A DNA stretch of 62,416 nucleotides, filler included, from a bacterium (GTDB lineage Bacteria > JALSQH01), in NCBI GenBank assembly GCA_026985515.1. It is 8 parts of 8 records of this genome, joined end to end, with 100 filler letters (N's around TTAATTAATTAA, not from the genome) between each part and the next. Parts side by side here need not be neighbours in the genome. Positions count along the whole stretch, not along the records: positions 48,366 to 51,101 come from JALSQH010000150.1; positions 51,202 to 53,922 come from JALSQH010000151.1; positions 54,023 to 62,416 come from JALSQH010000153.1; 5 more parts are not named here. One strand, given 5' to 3'. The stretch's first letter is position 1; each line of letters opens with the position of its first letter. The translations under genes were made by a program, and so were the position numbers. The notes under the pieces are model-generated. The model saw only the letters and a list, made by a program, of their open reading frames with translations, did not search any database and was not told the DNA's origin. Shown piece after piece: positions 48,867 to 57,168 of this stretch.

Positions 48867-49730
48867 ATGAGGATTCACGACTCCACCGGAAAATTCCTGG
48901 GTTATCAGGCGGATATTGAAGAAGCGGAGTTTGTTATTATCCCCTTCCCCTATGAATTCACCACAACTTTCGGGAAGGGAACGGGAAGGGGACCCCTTAA
49001 AGTGCTGGAAGTTTCAGACTATCTGGAGACTTACGAGGAGGAAACAGGGGAAGAACCATATTTGAGAGGTATTCACACTTATGAACCAGTTATCGCTGAC
49101 GAATTCAAAGGGGAAGAAGATATTGAAAAAGTAGGTGAAATCTACCTGCCTTTGATTGAGAAGAGAAAAAAAATCATTACCATTGGAGGGGAACACTCCA
49201 TCTCCTACCCCATCATAAAGGCATTTATCAAATATTACGGAAACATCGGTGTTATTCACTTTGATGCTCATGGTGACTACAGGAACACCTATGAGGGCTC
49301 ACCATACAACCACGCCTGCGTAATGAGAAGAGTGGCAGACACTGGCGTAAAAATAGTTTCTGCCGGCATCAGAGCAATCTCAAAGGAGGAAATAGATTTC
49401 GTAAGAGCCTCAAATTCAATAAAACTCTTCTTTGCCCATGAAATTCACAGTGACCAGAGGTGGATTCAAAAAAGTCTGGAGTTTTTACCGGAAAAGGTTT
49501 ACATCACCATAGATGTGGACGCCCTTGATCCTTCCCTTATCAGAGCAACAGGCACACCGGAGCCGGGTGGATTTGAGTGGTACAGTTTTTTAACAATTTT
49601 AAAGAAAATATTCCAGGCAAAGGAAGTCATCGGAGTTGATGTAGTGGAAATCTGTCCTGACCCACCCTATGAAGTGTCAACCTACACAGTTGCAAAACTG
49701 ATCTACAAAATTATCGCTTACTGGAAATGA
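48867..49730 (+). CDS. speB: Agmatinase (ureohydrolase family)
   Basis: GGEHSIS, HFDAHGDYR, YNHACVMRR, TIDVDALDP, TGTPEPGG, DVVE. Confidence 0.92.
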   Translation: MRIHDSTGKFLGYQADIEEAEFVIIPFPYEFTTTFGKGTGRGPLKVLEVSDYLETYEEETGEEPYLRGIHTYEPVIADEFKGEEDIEKVGEIYLPLIEKRKKIITIGGEHSISYPIIKAFIKYYGNIGVIHFDAHGDYRNTYEGSPYNHACVMRRVADTGVKIVSAGIRAISKEEIDFVRASNSIKLFFAHEIHSDQRWIQKSLEFLPEKVYITIDVDALDPSLIRATGTPEPGGFEWYSFLTILKKIFQAKEVIGVDVVEICPDPPYEVSTYTVAKLIYKIIAYWK

Positions 49731-50860
49731 AAATTTTAAAAATCTTCCTTATCGCTGTTTCTCTTATTCTTATTGTTTACCACGACATAACAATTTCACA
49801 GAAAACAGGAACAAGTTTAGACAAAGAATTTCTCAGAAAATCCTTTCCACATTACACAAGAATAATTGAGAAAAACTCTCCTTTCAGACACTGGCTCGTC
49901 TTCAGTGGAGAAAAGTTTGCCGGGGTAATTTTTTACACTGAGGATGCAGGCATAAAAGTAAATGGATATGGAGGTCCGCTAAATCTTATCGTTGCCATGA
50001 ATCCTTCAGGAAAAATTATATCTGTGGAATTGAGGGAAAACTACGAGACTCCAGCCTATCTCGTCAAATTGAAAAACTTCATGAAAAGTTTCAGAGGCAA
50101 GAGCATAAGCGAAGCTGAAACAATCTCCACCGTGGCAGGTGCCACTGTAAGTTCCAGAGCCATAAAGGAAAGTGTTATCAGAGCCTCAAAAAGAGTGGCA
50201 AAAGAAGTTCTTCACCTCACTGCTTCAGGGAAACAACCATCCAGGCACATTCCCTTAAAAGTCACAGGTGGCATACTCCTTTTTGCTGCAATACTCCTCA
50301 CCGCCACACTGTTTAAAAAAAGATTGTGGAGAATAATTGTGGATATCTCCGGTGTGATAATCATTGGTTTTTTCCTTAATCTTCCGCTTTCAATTGATCA
50401 CATTTTCAGGGTGCTTGAACTGAACCTGCCAGACCTCCTGTCTGGAATCGGCATTGTAATCATACTTCTTGTTGCAATAATACCTTCAATTTTCGGGGAA
50501 AATATATACTGCCAGTATGTATGCCCCTTTGGTGCTCTCCAGAGACTTGAGGCAATAATCAGCCCCTTTAAAATTCAGCCAGGAAAAAAGTTTAAAAGCA
50601 AAAGATCCCTCATAAGAGATCTGATACTCTTTATCCTTATCCTCCTCCACTTTGGATTAAATCTGAAGGGAGTATCTGCAATAGAACCCTACTCCACCTT
50701 TTTCACCCTTGAAATTTCAGGTGCCGTTCTCATCTATGTGGTTGTGATCCTGATTATATCCTTCTTTTTCCCCATGTTCTGGTGCACCTATCTCTGTCCC
50801 ACTGGAGCTTTTCTTGATAACATAAAAATTTATTCACCCCGCAGAAAAAGATCACCGTAA
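49727..50860 (+). CDS. FMN-binding membrane electron-transfer protein, RdhC(PceC)/NosR-like
   Basis: Extracytoplasmic FMN-binding domain (GYGGP, ETPAY, VAGATVSS flavinylation Thr), ~5 TM helices, two CX3CP motifs (CQYVCP, CTYLCP). Confidence 0.85.
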   Translation: MKILKIFLIAVSLILIVYHDITISQKTGTSLDKEFLRKSFPHYTRIIEKNSPFRHWLVFSGEKFAGVIFYTEDAGIKVNGYGGPLNLIVAMNPSGKIISVELRENYETPAYLVKLKNFMKSFRGKSISEAETISTVAGATVSSRAIKESVIRASKRVAKEVLHLTASGKQPSRHIPLKVTGGILLFAAILLTATLFKKRLWRIIVDISGVIIIGFFLNLPLSIDHIFRVLELNLPDLLSGIGIVIILLVAIIPSIFGENIYCQYVCPFGALQRLEAIISPFKIQPGKKFKSKRSLIRDLILFILILLHFGLNLKGVSAIEPYSTFFTLEISGAVLIYVVVILIISFFFPMFWCTYLCPTGAFLDNIKIYSPRRKRSP

Positions 50861-51101
50861 TCTCTTAAAAATTCACCAGGAATGGCGTTTTTCTCCGCAA
50901 TTTCCCCATAAACCTTCCCACCCTCTGTGAGAATCCTCCTGTACCCATGTGCATAATCAACATAGTAGAGGCCAAATCGAGGGAAGAAACTCCCCCATTC
51001 ATAATTATCCATGAGCGACCAGTGGAGGTATCCCCGGACATCAATTCCATCCTGAATCGCCTTCCAGAGCCAGTAGAGGTGAGCAACAATAAACTCTGCA
51101 C
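50830..51101 (-). CDS. Glycoside hydrolase family 1, C-terminal fragment
   Basis: Manual translation AEFIVAHLYWLWKAIQDGIDVRGYLHWSLMDNYEWGSFFPRFGLYYVDY is the GH1 C-terminal signature. Confidence 0.92.
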
Positions 51102-51201
51102 NNNNNNNNNNNNNNNNNNNNNNNNNNNNNNNNNNNNNNNNNNNNTTAATTAATTAANNNNNNNNNNNNNNNNNNNNNNNNNNNNNNNNNNNNNNNNNNN
51201 N
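51102..51201. other. Artificial contig-joining linker
   Basis: N-run with TTAATTAATTAA core. Confidence 0.98.
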
Positions 51202-52041
51202 AAGGATATAATTGAAGTAATTGACAAGATTCAAAAAATACAGAAAAGTCTGGTTGAGGCGAGTCCTTTTATCAGCTACATACCATATGCTTCTTTTTAT
51301 TCAGCCAACTGGAAAGGTCTGAATAAAGGAAAGCAGATTTTTCTACCTTACCCTTTTATACCTTCTTTTAACTATGGGGAAAGTAGAGGGGGGAATTCAT
51401 CTATTCTTGAAAAATTTCAGCTGAAGCTTTATCTCACATGGAATCCTGGAAAAGTGGCGAAGGGACTACTGAAAGAAGTAATTGAGGTGTTAAAGAGGGA
51501 AGCCGGTGCAATTGATAAGGAGGAAAAGGTGAAACTCGAGAAGGAGAGCAGGAAAATTGCCGGGAGAAAATGCAAGAAAATTTGCAGAAAAAAAGGAGCA
51601 GGTTTAAAAAGTGTCGAAGGAGAATGTACAAAAAAACTGGGCAGCGTAACAGAAAAATTTTCAAAAAAGCTGTATGGAGTTCTGGTTAAAGCTCTGTCAA
51701 AAGCAGCTGAGAAGCTTTATTCCAAAATTGATTCATGGGATCCTGGTAAGGAGTGTAAAATTCTGGGTATGGAAATCCCTGTTCCTGCTGTTCTGGAGGA
51801 TAATTTTTATCAGAAGCAGAGGATAGGTACCCTTGGAATCTGGATAAATAAAGAGAAGCCTCCTCTTTCATGGCTTGAGTACAGATCAAAATCTAAAATC
51901 CCGGTAGAAATAGGGTTTTCCAGAGCCATGCCATACAGTTCTGCTGATAATGGCGATGTTCCCATTGTTCCTGACTGGAAGGGTGTTTTTGTTCCTCCTG
52001 ATCTGATTGACGCCATCGGAGGTAGTAATGGGAAGAGATAA
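51202..52041 (+). CDS. Hypothetical protein, possibly TadG-like pilus accessory (5'-truncated)
   Basis: Frame is open from the contig start. C-terminal 'SRAMPY..PIVPDWKGVFVP' loosely resembles TadG-like C-termini; precedes pilin-like genes. Confidence 0.5.
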   Translation, partial: KDIIEVIDKIQKIQKSLVEASPFISYIPYASFYSANWKGLNKGKQIFLPYPFIPSFNYGESRGGNSSILEKFQLKLYLTWNPGKVAKGLLKEVIEVLKREAGAIDKEEKVKLEKESRKIAGRKCKKICRKKGAGLKSVEGECTKKLGSVTEKFSKKLYGVLVKALSKAAEKLYSKIDSWDPGKECKILGMEIPVPAVLEDNFYQKQRIGTLGIWINKEKPPLSWLEYRSKSKIPVEIGFSRAMPYSSADNGDVPIVPDWKGVFVPPDLIDAIGGSNGKR

Positions 52042-52378
52042 AAGGGGAAATGTGTTGATAGTTGGTCTTACAGGTGTAATTCTTGTTTCATCACTGATGT
52101 TATTCTTTATGCAGATGGGGTTATCCCATTTTAACCATTTGAGATGCATGGATCTTTCAGAAAAGTTGGCATATTTTCAATACTACCGTGTCCTCAAAGA
52201 TGGCCTGAAGAATCAACTCAGGAAAAAGTACTCAGCCATGACGTCTGATGGGAAAGTTAAAATTTCTGTAAAAGACAGCTTCTCCGGAGTGAATGTAACT
52301 GTTTCCATGGAATCACCAGGGGGATACATGGTGAAGGATAAATTCAGAATTTCAGCACCGGGGAGGATAAACTGGTGA
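52028..52378 (+). CDS. Prepilin-like (TadE-like) protein
   Basis: MGRDKRG|NVLIVGLTGVILVSSLMLFF: short basic leader, Gly, then a hydrophobic helix; SD GGAGG. Confidence 0.55.
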   Translation: MGRDKRGNVLIVGLTGVILVSSLMLFFMQMGLSHFNHLRCMDLSEKLAYFQYYRVLKDGLKNQLRKKYSAMTSDGKVKISVKDSFSGVNVTVSMESPGGYMVKDKFRISAPGRINW

Positions 52379-53709
52379 AAAGGTTTTTTGTTGCATTAAG
52401 TATGTTGCTCCTGTGGACCACTGTATTGATTCCTGTACCTGTTAGAGAGACTAGTTTGACCAGCGACCCAGCTGAATATGTTGCATCAATGATTGAAAAT
52501 TATCTTCCTGTGAGATTGAACGAATTTTATTTTAACGGGATTAAGTTTTCTTATCTTCAGACCATAACGGATAAAAGGGAGGAAGCGAAGAGACTAATAA
52601 GACTGATCAGAGGAGTGGAGAAAAAAGATTCTGAGATCAAGTTCAGGAGTTTTATTAAAAAGAGCAGGAAAAAGAAGAAGATTCCTGTCCCACTTTTTAC
52701 TCTTCCAGTTGTAACTGAGGATAAGAATGTTGAGTTCAGGCTTGATTTTGCAGTTCCTGTTTCCAGGGCTGCCAGTCCCGAAGAGGTGAGGAAGTACCTC
52801 AGTGATCTCTATGCAAAGGAAGTGATGGGGTTGAGTGATCTGGTGGCTCTCGTTGAAATGGCATACTGTAATGGCTGGATAACATCTGATCAAATTGCAG
52901 AGACACTGGTTCCACCTTTCAAAATAGCGGGATTATTAAAACTTGATCTTTCGCCTTTATACAGAAAGATGTTTCCATTTCTTTACGATGAGAAAAGAAA
53001 GGATGAATTCTGTTATTCAGATTATCTTGAGCGGGCCATTGAGACACTTAAACCTGTAGCCGGATTTTCTGTAAATATTCTTTCGAAGAAGAAGGGGAAC
53101 TGGCATATATCTGCTTTGATAGCCCATAACCTGATTTTTGAAAAGTTTCTTCCTCTAATGAGACCAGGTAAATACTATCTTTCAGTTACTGTTCCCACTC
53201 TTGGCGGGTGCGGTGAGGTTTTGACAGTGATTGATTATAAAGGTTTTAAAATGAAATTGAAAAAAAGAAAGCTCACCGGAAGGTTTAACCTTGCATTAAG
53301 CGACATTCCATCTGATCAGCTCATGGAATGTGCAGCTGAAAAGTATAGAGAAAAAGGGTGGATAGAATTTTCTCCTTCGGAAGTAACGAGAGCGGTGTCC
53401 AGGAATTTTAATATGGCCGGGGAAAAGCTTGCCCCGTATCTGGAGAGGAGTGATCTTTTTCTTCCCGTAATATCCGGTGGAGATTTTTCAGTGAAGGAGA
53501 GTGTGGAAGATGCAGGAAGATATATCAGAGATATTGTTGATCATCTTGGAGAAATGGAAAGGAGTCTGACTCAGAGCATCAGGTTCCTTTTCTCATCCGG
53601 TGGAAAAGATGAGGGTATGGTAGTCCTTGCAGGAGGAAGTATGGAGGTCAGGCTGGATAAGAGAGATGAGAAGAAGTTTTCCACAATTATGATTCTGGAG
53701 GTTAAGTAA
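52375..53709 (+). CDS. Exported hypothetical protein in the Tad-like cluster
   Basis: N-terminal signal/TM; GTGA and TAATG overlaps with both neighbours; no family recognised. Confidence 0.7.
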   Translation: MKRFFVALSMLLLWTTVLIPVPVRETSLTSDPAEYVASMIENYLPVRLNEFYFNGIKFSYLQTITDKREEAKRLIRLIRGVEKKDSEIKFRSFIKKSRKKKKIPVPLFTLPVVTEDKNVEFRLDFAVPVSRAASPEEVRKYLSDLYAKEVMGLSDLVALVEMAYCNGWITSDQIAETLVPPFKIAGLLKLDLSPLYRKMFPFLYDEKRKDEFCYSDYLERAIETLKPVAGFSVNILSKKKGNWHISALIAHNLIFEKFLPLMRPGKYYLSVTVPTLGGCGEVLTVIDYKGFKMKLKKRKLTGRFNLALSDIPSDQLMECAAEKYREKGWIEFSPSEVTRAVSRNFNMAGEKLAPYLERSDLFLPVISGGDFSVKESVEDAGRYIRDIVDHLGEMERSLTQSIRFLFSSGGKDEGMVVLAGGSMEVRLDKRDEKKFSTIMILEVK

Positions 53710-53858
53710 TGGAGGTTAAGGGACAGGTGAGTCTGGAGTATCTGATTATGACAATTTTTGTGGTGATTCCTATGTTATTGATGATCGGATACATCGTTCA
53801 TAAACTCGCATATCTTTATCACGTTGAGGATCTGATGATGAAGATTCCCATTTTGTAG
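53709..53858 (+). CDS. Small class III signal-peptide (Flp/Tad pilin-like) protein, 49 aa
   Basis: Not in the ORF track: MEVKG|QVSLEYLIMTIFVVIPMLLMIGYIVHKLAYLYHVEDLMMKIPIL, with the G|Q..LEY (E+5, Y+6) prepilin motif. Confidence 0.75.
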   Translation: MEVKGQVSLEYLIMTIFVVIPMLLMIGYIVHKLAYLYHVEDLMMKIPIL

Positions 53859-53868
53859 GAGGGAGAAG

Positions 53869-53922
53869 ATGAATAAAAGGGAAAGGGTTGTTCTGGTAAT
53901 ATCAATTCTTTCAGGTTTGCTG
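53869..53922 (+). CDS. N-terminal fragment of a membrane-anchored protein, plausibly CpaB/RcpC
   Basis: SD GGAGGG; MNKRERVVLVISILSGLL; identity inferred from position only. Confidence 0.4.
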
Positions 53923-54022
53923 NNNNNNNNNNNNNNNNNNNNNNNNNNNNNNNNNNNNNNNNNNNNTTAATTAATTAANNNNNNNNNNNNNNNNNNNNNN
54001 NNNNNNNNNNNNNNNNNNNNNN
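53923..54022. other. Artificial contig-joining linker
   Basis: N-run with TTAATTAATTAA core. Confidence 0.98.
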
Positions 54023-54733
54023 GTAAAGTATGTCGCTGGCAACCAGGGAAGTTTTTGGCAGATCCATAATCCATTGAAGAGATGCAATTCCTAACGTGCC
54101 AGGTCCACTTATTGATTCAAGTTTGTATGAGTGGTGAAGATAGGTTTCAGAGGTAGGTGGATAAAAGTACCCAACTATTTTTTCTTTGATCCTGTCATAA
54201 TCATAATAAAATTGGTCAAAGTATCGTATCGGATGAAAGAGATTCACAATATTCATGTTCCTGTCATTCAGGTAGCTGAAGAATTTATTCAGCAAAGGTT
54301 CACCCGCCTGATTCCATGTAACTGTAGCTTTTGAAATAGTGATTCTTAGGTTAAATTCAGGATTTGTCCCTTCTATGTGAATCGGGGTGATGCTTGCATA
54401 TGAAAGGGTTTCATCTTTATCGGGAAAGAGATTCCTGTTAAAATCTTCAAAGGCGGCAACAGCAAAGTCTCCCTGAAGTTTTTCCCAGATTATCCATGTG
54501 AATTGCCCCGGACCTTCCAGCTCTTTGTATAGAAGGGGGAATGTACCGGTGGCAGGAGTTACTTCAGCAGGCCATATACCAATAACAATCGGAGCATCCG
54601 GATGCATAAAATCGCTTACTGAACCTTTTATTTTAATCATAGTACTATTTTGATTACATCCGCCGACAATTACAGAAAGAAGTGCAATCACAGTAAAGAA
54701 AAAGAGCATAATTTTATTTTTTCTACCCGTCAT
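54023..54733 (-). CDS. Hypothetical lipoprotein (3'-truncated)
   Basis: SD GGAGGT then MTGRKNKIMLFFFTVIALLSVIVGG-C; GDFAVAAFEDFNRNLFPD resembles DUF2141-type Ca-binding loops. Confidence 0.7.
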
Positions 54734-54798
54734 TTTTAACACCTCCACGCTAATTTAGTATAATATATTGAAGTTCTAAAATCAAACTGGAGGCATTA

Positions 54799-55944
54799 AT
54801 GACAGAGAGAGTTTCGGGTCTTACTCCTTTTTATGTTATGGAGATTCTGGAACTATCACAGGAAATGGAAAAGAAGGGTGAAAGGGTGATTCACCTTGAA
54901 GTTGGTGAACCTGACTTCCAGACACCTGAAGTAATAAAAAGGGCCGCAATTGAGGCTCTGGAAAAGGGAGAAACATTTTATACGAACAGCATGGGAATTA
55001 CGGAGTTAAGGGAAGCAATTGCGAATTTTTACCTTGAGGAATATGGGGTAAAAGTGGAACCGGAAAATATACTTGTGACCTCAGGCACTTCTCCTGCAAT
55101 GCTCATTATTTTTCTTGCGCTTGTTGAAAAGGGGAAAAAGGTCATTATTACTGAACCTTCATACCCATGTTACAAAAATTTTATCAGAGTTGTTGAAGCT
55201 CAGGCTGTACATGTTAAGCTGGAGGCAGATAATGGTTTTATTCCGGACCCTGCAGAGATAAAGAGACTTGTTGATGATGGTACAGCGGCCATTATGGTTA
55301 ATTCTCCGAATAATCCAACTGGTGCTGTTTACCCTGAGGATGTTCTGAAGGAAATTGCATCTCTGGGTGTTCCCATTATATCTGACGAAATTTATCATGG
55401 TCTGACCTATGGCGTAAAGGCAGAAACGGTTTTGAAGTATACAGAGAATGCTTTTGTAATAAATGGTTTTTCAAAGGCGTATGCGATGACAGGTTTCAGA
55501 CTGGGATATGTAATTTTCCCTTCAGGCTGGAGAAGGATTTTTCAGAATATGCACCAGAATTTCTTTATTTCTGCCAATTCCTTTGTACAGTGGGCGGGGG
55601 TTGCAGCATTAACAAAGGCAAAGAAAGAAAAAGAAGATATGAGGCGCAAATTTGAGAGAAGAAGAGAAGTATTACTGGGTGAACTTGAAAAGTATGGTCT
55701 TTCACCTCAGGTTCCTCCTGCCGGTGCATTTTATATTATGGTGGACCTGCGAAAATGGATTGCCAGTTCCCTCGACTTTGCAAAAAAGCTTCTCATAAAT
55801 GAGAAAGTAGCTGTAACACCTGGAATGGATTTCGGACCAGCAGGTGAAGGAATGATAAGGCTTGCATATACGGTGGATGAAGAGGATCTGATTGAAGGGG
55901 TCAAAAGGATTGTGAAATTTCTGAAGGAGAATTATGGTTTCTGA
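54799..55944 (+). CDS. PLP-dependent class I aminotransferase (aspartate aminotransferase-like)
   Basis: HLEVGEPDF, NSPNNPTG, ISDEIYHGL, NGFSKAYAMTGFRLGY, GAFY. Confidence 0.95.
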   Translation: MTERVSGLTPFYVMEILELSQEMEKKGERVIHLEVGEPDFQTPEVIKRAAIEALEKGETFYTNSMGITELREAIANFYLEEYGVKVEPENILVTSGTSPAMLIIFLALVEKGKKVIITEPSYPCYKNFIRVVEAQAVHVKLEADNGFIPDPAEIKRLVDDGTAAIMVNSPNNPTGAVYPEDVLKEIASLGVPIISDEIYHGLTYGVKAETVLKYTENAFVINGFSKAYAMTGFRLGYVIFPSGWRRIFQNMHQNFFISANSFVQWAGVAALTKAKKEKEDMRRKFERRREVLLGELEKYGLSPQVPPAGAFYIMVDLRKWIASSLDFAKKLLINEKVAVTPGMDFGPAGEGMIRLAYTVDEEDLIEGVKRIVKFLKENYGF

Positions 55945-56533
55945 TTACAGACCTGGAAAGGTTGAATTTATTGGAGGTACTCTTGATCCCTCAAATTTCA
56001 AGATTCCCGATCTCCCCTGTATTGTCTTTGCTGGTAGATCAAATGTGGGTAAATCTTCCCTTCTCAATATGCTGCTTGGTAGAAAAATTGCTCATACAGG
56101 GAAAAAGCCTGGAAAAACAAGAGCCATAAATTTTTTCATTGTTGATGACAGAATAATTTTCGTGGATCTACCCGGTTACGGGTATGCAAAGGTTTCCCAT
56201 GAATTGCAGGAAAAGTGGAGAAAAGCAGTAGATATTTTTCTCAGACATCCCTGTGTAAGGGGAGGGATAATACTTATAGATATAAGGCATCCACCTATGA
56301 AGAATGATCTCATACTGTTCAATTACTTTTTGAGTATTCCACTTAACTTCCGGGTTGTTCTCACCAAGGCTGACAAACTTGGCAGAAATCAGCAGGTGAG
56401 GATGAGGAATCTCATTTCAAAGGAGCTGAAAATTCCTCCATCTGAGCTTATTGTAACATCTGCCAGAACTGGTGAGGGAGCTGAAGATTTGTGGAAAGTA
56501 ATTTTTGAAATGACGGGGGTTGACTTATCCTGA
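55934..56533 (+). CDS. engB: Ribosome biogenesis GTPase YihA/YsxC
   Basis: GRSNVGKSSLLN, PGKTRAINF, DLPGYGYAKV, LTKADKL, TSA. Confidence 0.96.
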   Translation: MVSDYRPGKVEFIGGTLDPSNFKIPDLPCIVFAGRSNVGKSSLLNMLLGRKIAHTGKKPGKTRAINFFIVDDRIIFVDLPGYGYAKVSHELQEKWRKAVDIFLRHPCVRGGIILIDIRHPPMKNDLILFNYFLSIPLNFRVVLTKADKLGRNQQVRMRNLISKELKIPPSELIVTSARTGEGAEDLWKVIFEMTGVDLS

Positions 56534-56598
56534 AATGAAGTTTGTTTAATTGCTGGATAGTTGTTATAATAACTCACGAAAAAATCAGGAGGTGAGGG

Positions 56599-57150
56599 AT
56601 GAAGAAAATTGTGATTTTTGTCGTTGCTTCTTTTTTGTTTTTCTTTTCTTTCAATTTAAAGGCTTTTGATCTTGATATCTATGGTAGAATCGGGGGGTTG
56701 AAGGTTTATCACCCCGAGTATGAAGATGTGAAGTGGGGGCTTGAACTTGACCTTGGAGGAACGCTTGGAATAACGAATCTACTCAGCGTTGATGTCAGGG
56801 GAGGATATGGTTATGTGCAGGTTAAAAATCCGCACATAAACGCAAATACTCAGACGGTAGAATGGAAGTACTACAAGACAATTCCCTTTGTTGTTTCTCT
56901 GGAACTGACGCCTTTAAAATTTCTTCCCATCATAAATCCTTATTTTATTGCCGGTCTTGGAACATGGAAGATTATGGATGAGACCAGATCAACCAAGCAA
57001 TCTTTTGGTGGTAATGTTGGAGTGGGGATTGAATTTAAAGGTGGATGTATAGGGTTTGATGTTAGATTCCTGTATGAATTGCCCGACTTCAGTTCTCACT
57101 ACAGAGATTACTATATTTCTATTGCACCCGTATTGTTTCTTGGTTTTTAA
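56599..57150 (+). CDS. Small outer-membrane beta-barrel protein
   Basis: Signal peptide, alternating beta-strands (INPYFIAGLG, GGNVGVGIEF, FDVRFLY), C-terminal Phe. Confidence 0.8.
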   Translation: MKKIVIFVVASFLFFFSFNLKAFDLDIYGRIGGLKVYHPEYEDVKWGLELDLGGTLGITNLLSVDVRGGYGYVQVKNPHINANTQTVEWKYYKTIPFVVSLELTPLKFLPIINPYFIAGLGTWKIMDETRSTKQSFGGNVGVGIEFKGGCIGFDVRFLYELPDFSSHYRDYYISIAPVLFLGF

Positions 57151-57168
57151 TTCTGCTGGAGGATCGGC

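Noticed and set aside
11451-54022. Seven recurring TTAATTAATTAA motifs within N-runs as a biological repeat
   Set aside because: Identical 100-nt artificial contig spacers. ORFs in the track that end in X-runs or 'LIN' are artefacts of them.
45429-54022. Functional linkage among the pilMN, TetR/MMPL, speB and Tad-like blocks
   Set aside because: Apart from pilMN and TetR/MMPL, which share a contig, these lie on separate short contigs, so their adjacency is an artefact of concatenation.
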